This document shows positions 16,237 through 20,000 of a DNA stretch of 20,000 nt, one piece after another; positions within the stretch are counted from its first letter, which is position 1; every line of letters starts with the position of its first letter. A model generated the notes under the pieces. That model ran no database searches, had not been told where the DNA came from, and was given only the letters and a program-made list of their open reading frames with translations. This DNA is from an uncultured virus (IMG/VR IMGVR_UViG_3300025769_011517) (Duplodnaviria > Heunggongvirae > Uroviricota > Caudoviricetes): the IMG/VR virus record IMGVR_UViG_3300025769_011517; one strand, written 5' to 3'. The translations under genes were made by a program, and so were the position numbers.

Positions 16237-17097
16237 ATGAAACACACAATTTACTGGAACGAAAAGTACACAGGCGCTGAACACGCCTTCGACACCACCC
16301 GCAAAAGCGGCGAAATCGCAGACGCAATCGGTCACGAACACATCACCGACCCCGCCAGCAACGGACACGTCGCCCTACACAACGCAAACGACGAAATCAA
16401 AAAGGCGCTGAGCGCCGACTACTACGAAGACCTGAAAACCGGTGGACCCAAGTCGCAATCCAACGGATTCGCATGGGACTACGGCATTTGGGAAATGGCA
16501 CTCAACTCCACAGCAGGAGTCATGTCAGCCACGGCAGAAGCCATCGTCAACAACACCGTAGCAGGAAGCCTCTCTTCAGGACTTCACCACGCCCACCACA
16601 ACAACGGCGCAGGGTTCTGCACAGTCAACGGCCTAGCCGTCACAGCAAACTGGCTCAACTCCCTACACGTCACCATCCTAGACTTCGACGCCCACTGCGG
16701 CGGAGGAACCGTCAAAATGCTACGGCACCTCAACATCGACTCCAGAGTGGAACAATACGACATCTCCACCAACTACTTTGACCAATACGAAGAAGATGAA
16801 ACACACAACATCCGAATCGCACAATCAGACGCAGACTACACAGATGCCGTAAACGAAACACTAAACAAAGTTAACCCCAACACAAACGTGATTTTGTACA
16901 ACGCAGGAACAGACCCCTACCCCACAATCTCACACGAAACACTAGCCGAACGAGAAAACACCGTATTCCAATGGGCAAAACAACACAACATCCCCATCGC
17001 ATACGTACTCGCCGGAGGCTACACCTCTGCCCAAACCATGGACAGCCTCGTAGACTCCCACATCAACACACTAGACGCCGCAGAAAGCATCGTGTAA
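16237..17097 (+). CDS. Histone-deacetylase-family (Zn-dependent) amidohydrolase
   Basis: GLHHA, GFCTVNGLA, ILDFDAHCGGGT, YNAGTDP and LAGGY. Confidence 0.88.
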   Translation: MKHTIYWNEKYTGAEHAFDTTRKSGEIADAIGHEHITDPASNGHVALHNANDEIKKALSADYYEDLKTGGPKSQSNGFAWDYGIWEMALNSTAGVMSATAEAIVNNTVAGSLSSGLHHAHHNNGAGFCTVNGLAVTANWLNSLHVTILDFDAHCGGGTVKMLRHLNIDSRVEQYDISTNYFDQYEEDETHNIRIAQSDADYTDAVNETLNKVNPNTNVILYNAGTDPYPTISHETLAERENTVFQWAKQHNIPIAYVLAGGYTSAQTMDSLVDSHINTLDAAESIV

Positions 17098-17106
17098 AAT
17101 AACACC

Positions 17107-17463
17107 ATGGACCCATACGAAACCTTCCCCACATACAGAGCAACAAAAAACTGTTTAGACGACCTCAACCCCGACGCACTACTAGCCGACGGACTTGAAT
17201 TCGCCTGCATAGGATGGACCGAAGTATGGGTCCCCCAACAAACAGGCGGCGTAGAACGCCTCCCAATCGCCGTATACAGCAAAAACAAAGTCATCGCCAT
17301 ACTCATGGAAGAAACAGACATGACACTAGAAGACGCACTAGAATACGCCGAATACAACATCTACGCCGCCTACATGGGACCCAACACCCCCATCTTCATA
17401 GACGACAGCTTCCAAACCATCCCCACACAACCCGTCCACCCACAAGACATGTACGAACTGTGA
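17107..17463 (+). CDS. Conserved phage hypothetical protein
   Basis: LADGLE.A.IG...AVYS..KVI..L...MT.EDA.EY.EYNI.AAYMG.NTPIF, a pattern common in aquatic phages. Confidence 0.8.
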   Translation: MDPYETFPTYRATKNCLDDLNPDALLADGLEFACIGWTEVWVPQQTGGVERLPIAVYSKNKVIAILMEETDMTLEDALEYAEYNIYAAYMGPNTPIFIDDSFQTIPTQPVHPQDMYEL

Positions 17464-19346
17464 AACGACTCTACCTCAACGGCACAAAACTCATCCTAGA
17501 CACACCATACAACAAAGATGAAGTACAAGCCCTAAAAACATCATTCCCCAACGCACGCTGGGACAAAATCAACAAACACTGGACACTACCCGTAGCCGCC
17601 CTAAAACGAGCCATATCCTTCGCCAACTCATGGAACATCAACGTGGACGAAGAACTCATAAGGCTACAACTACCCGACCACCCAATCGGCACAACCACCA
17701 TCAGACTCGAAAAAGAAATCCTAAAAATCAGCGTCCCCTACGACACCCTACAAATCCACGACCTCAAAGCCATCCCCGGCATAAAATGGAACCCCCACCA
17801 AAACCACTGGGAAACACCATACAACAACGTCCACGAACTCATCCAATGGGCAGACAAATACAACCACCCCATCCCCAACCACATCCGCACACAAGCAGAA
17901 ATCGAAACCAAAAAAGCCCAACACGCCCAAGAACTCACACAAGCAACCGACGCAAACATCAACATCCCAACCCTCCAACTCCAACTCTACCCATACCAAA
18001 AAGCAGGCGTAGCCTACGCCGCAGAAAAACAACGCACCTTCATCGCAGACGAAATGGGCCTCGGCAAATCACTCCAAGCCCTCGCAACCACAGAACACAC
18101 AAACCAATACCCCGCCCTCATCATCTGCCCAACCAGCCTCACAGAAGACTGGAAAACCAAAATCCAAGAAGCCCTACCCCACCGCACCATCCAAACCATC
18201 CAAGGCCGCAAAACCCCCACACTGACCGAAACCGACTACACCATCATCGGATACCCCAACATCCACGCCCAAAAACAACACCTCAACAACCAACACCACA
18301 ACACCCTCATCCTAGACGAATCCCACTACTGCAAAAACCCAGACGCACAACGCACCAAAGCCGCCAAAAACATCGCCAAAAACATCCCAACCACCGGCAA
18401 CATCCTCCTCCTCACCGGCACACCCATCACCAACATGCCAGCCGAATACGCCCCACAACTCGAAATCCTCGGCCACATCGACAACTTCGGAGGCCGCTGG
18501 AACTTCTACAAACGATACTGCGGAGCCTACAGAGACAACTGGGGCCACTGGCAAATCCACGGCTCAACCAACAACAAAGAACTCCTCAACAAACTACAAA
18601 CCCACTGCTACATCCGCAGAGAAAAACAACACGTCCTCACCGACCTCCCACCAATCACATACAACACCATCCACACCACAATGGACAAAAAACACCGCAC
18701 CATGTACAACCACGCCCTCAACGACCTCCAAGAATGGTACACCCAACAACAAGAACAAATCGCCATCAACGAAGGCACCAACCCCAACCAAGCCCGAATC
18801 CGAGCACACTACGCAACACAAAACTACGAAACCCTCATCCAACTCACAGAACTCAGAAAAATCGCCGCCAACTCCAAAATCCCCCACGCCCTAGAATGGA
18901 TCGAAAACGCCAACAACTCAGGACAAAAAATCGTCATCGCCGCCCACCACCGCCAAATAGTACAAACCCTAGCAAACGAACTCAACGCCCCAATGATCAT
19001 CGGAGGCCAAAACCCCCAAAAGACCGAAACCGCCAAACAAGAATTCCAACAAAACACAAACTGCATGAACATCATCATCTCAATAGACGCAGCCGCACAC
19101 GGACACACCCTCACAGCATCAAACAACATGCTCTTCATCGAAGCCCCCTGGACACCCGCCAAATACCACCAAACCTGCGCCCGAATCCACCGAATCGGAC
19201 AAACCAAACCCGCCACCATCCACAACCTCATCAACCCCAACACCATCGACCAACACATCTACAACACACTACAAAACAAAACCCAAAAAACACAACCAGC
19301 AATCACACCCACAGCCATACAAAACATCCTCAACACAAAACCCTGA
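17460..19346 (+). CDS. SNF2-family helicase with two N-terminal HARP-like domains
   Basis: Probable GTG start at 17460 (GTGA overlap). Motifs LYPYQ, IADEMGLGKS, ILDESH, LTGTP, GHTLT and ARIHRIGQ; two PY...LK..P...W...W repeats at the N-terminus. Confidence 0.9.
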   Translation: MKRLYLNGTKLILDTPYNKDEVQALKTSFPNARWDKINKHWTLPVAALKRAISFANSWNINVDEELIRLQLPDHPIGTTTIRLEKEILKISVPYDTLQIHDLKAIPGIKWNPHQNHWETPYNNVHELIQWADKYNHPIPNHIRTQAEIETKKAQHAQELTQATDANINIPTLQLQLYPYQKAGVAYAAEKQRTFIADEMGLGKSLQALATTEHTNQYPALIICPTSLTEDWKTKIQEALPHRTIQTIQGRKTPTLTETDYTIIGYPNIHAQKQHLNNQHHNTLILDESHYCKNPDAQRTKAAKNIAKNIPTTGNILLLTGTPITNMPAEYAPQLEILGHIDNFGGRWNFYKRYCGAYRDNWGHWQIHGSTNNKELLNKLQTHCYIRREKQHVLTDLPPITYNTIHTTMDKKHRTMYNHALNDLQEWYTQQQEQIAINEGTNPNQARIRAHYATQNYETLIQLTELRKIAANSKIPHALEWIENANNSGQKIVIAAHHRQIVQTLANELNAPMIIGGQNPQKTETAKQEFQQNTNCMNIIISIDAAAHGHTLTASNNMLFIEAPWTPAKYHQTCARIHRIGQTKPATIHNLINPNTIDQHIYNTLQNKTQKTQPAITPTAIQNILNTKP

Positions 19347-19431
19347 CATAACACAAACCAACCAACCCATAAAAAATATGTCACAAGTCCGCCCACGGAT
19401 GGAGGTCGCCCTCGAAAAGTCCCGGGCGATA

Positions 19432-19579
19432 CGAACAGGTGTTCGGTCGGGGTGGGCGAACAGGTGTTCGTGCGAACAGGTGTTCGGTCGTGTCGGCATG
19501 CGAACGTGTGTTCGTGCGAACGTGTGTTCGGTCGGGGCTGTCCGGGGTGCGAACATATGTTCGTGCGAACGTGTGTTCG
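19432..19579. repeat. Array of seven palindromic LexA (SOS/Cheo-type) boxes CGAAC-N4-GTTCG
   Basis: Boxes start at 19432, 19457, 19473, 19501, 19517, 19550 and 19566. Central spacers are AGGT x3, GTGT x3 and ATAT, all fitting RNRY. Confidence 0.85.
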
Positions 19580-19651
19580 TGCAAGCTTTGACCATCACAC
19601 GTCGACTCATCAAGCGTGAGATCGTTAAAGCCTTAACTATCTTTGGTGCAT

Positions 19652-19683
19652 GAAAGAACCCCGACCGCTGTGGCCGGGGTTCT
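19652..19683 (-). terminator. Intrinsic terminator for the minus-strand small gene
   Basis: Minus strand AGAACCCCGGCC-acagc-GGTCGGGGTTCT followed by TTC. Confidence 0.65.
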
Positions 19684-19690
19684 CGGGGGA

Positions 19691-19765
19691 TCACGAGTGC
19701 TTGTGCATGTCGTGGGTGATGAGTAGCGCTGCTGTGAAGAACAGTGCCAGTGAGATGAGTCCCAT
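19691..19765 (-). CDS. Putative 24-aa hydrophobic peptide MGLISLALFFTAALLITHDMHKHS
   Basis: AGAAAGG RBS before the ATG, with an upstream promoter and a downstream terminator. Confidence 0.45.
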   Translation of the reverse strand: MGLISLALFFTAALLITHDMHKHS

Positions 19766-19811
19766 CTCTGTGCCTTTCTGCCGATCCGGTAGTTCCGGTG
19801 CGACATGGATC

Positions 19812-19839
19812 ACTCTAGCGTATCTACTGCGCATGTCAA
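19812..19839 (-). promoter_or_regulatory. Sigma70-type promoter
   Basis: Minus strand TTGACA-N16-TAGAGT. Confidence 0.5.
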
Positions 19840-20000
19840 TAGCTTTGCCATAGTTGCTACAGATAGTTGTGATCGCTTTGATTGATAGCTCGCTGACTGG
19901 CATTCGTCGCCGTCCTGTTGCCGTTGCCGCCGCTCATGGCGAGTGCAATGGCGAGTGTTATGCCAGGATGCCGTCGCCTTCACCCCTCACCCTTCACCCC

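Noticed and set aside
17630..19351. 573-aa overlapping + strand ORF, and the 17214-17459 N-terminal extension of the helicase ORF
   Set aside because: By-product of the skew: with almost no T at third positions of the real gene, the shifted frame cannot form stop codons. The product is low-complexity P/R/H/T.
19432..19579. CRISPR array interpretation of the palindromic repeats
   Set aside because: Repeats are only 14 bp with 2-19 bp linkers that resemble each other; no cas genes are nearby.
19269..19853. ORFs spanning the repeat array (141, 91, 67 and 67 aa)
   Set aside because: Translations merely reflect the DNA palindromes or flanking hairpin; no evidence of coding.

Overview
Gene-dense segment of a large dsDNA phage, most likely infecting an actinobacterium. 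Supporting signs are WhiB, an r1t-type holin, FmdB, leaderless-type promoters, a Thr-rich surface protein and Gram-positive-type SOS boxes. It carries a recombination/replication set (RecB-like PD-(D/E)XK nuclease, Rad52/Sak annealase, RecA, SSB, G39P-like protein, Toprim primase-AAA helicase, HARP-SNF2 helicase), thymidine metabolism (TK, ThyX), surface/sugar genes (LicD, cytidylyltransferase, dTDP-glucose dehydratase-like), a HAD protein and a histone-deacetylase-family enzyme. The most striking non-coding signals are: (1) seven perfect LexA/SOS boxes (CGAAC-RNRY-GTTCG) at 19432-19579, lying between convergent genes just past (2) the point near 19378 where an extreme, progressively growing A/C strand skew ends abruptly, suggesting a replication origin or LexA-decoy locus; (3) a promoter-driven, ORF-free, hairpin-rich ~430-nt region (2573-3000), a candidate large structured ncRNA; and (4) a small promoter-to-terminator RNA at ~14797-14881. 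All family calls are from motif recognition, not database searches.
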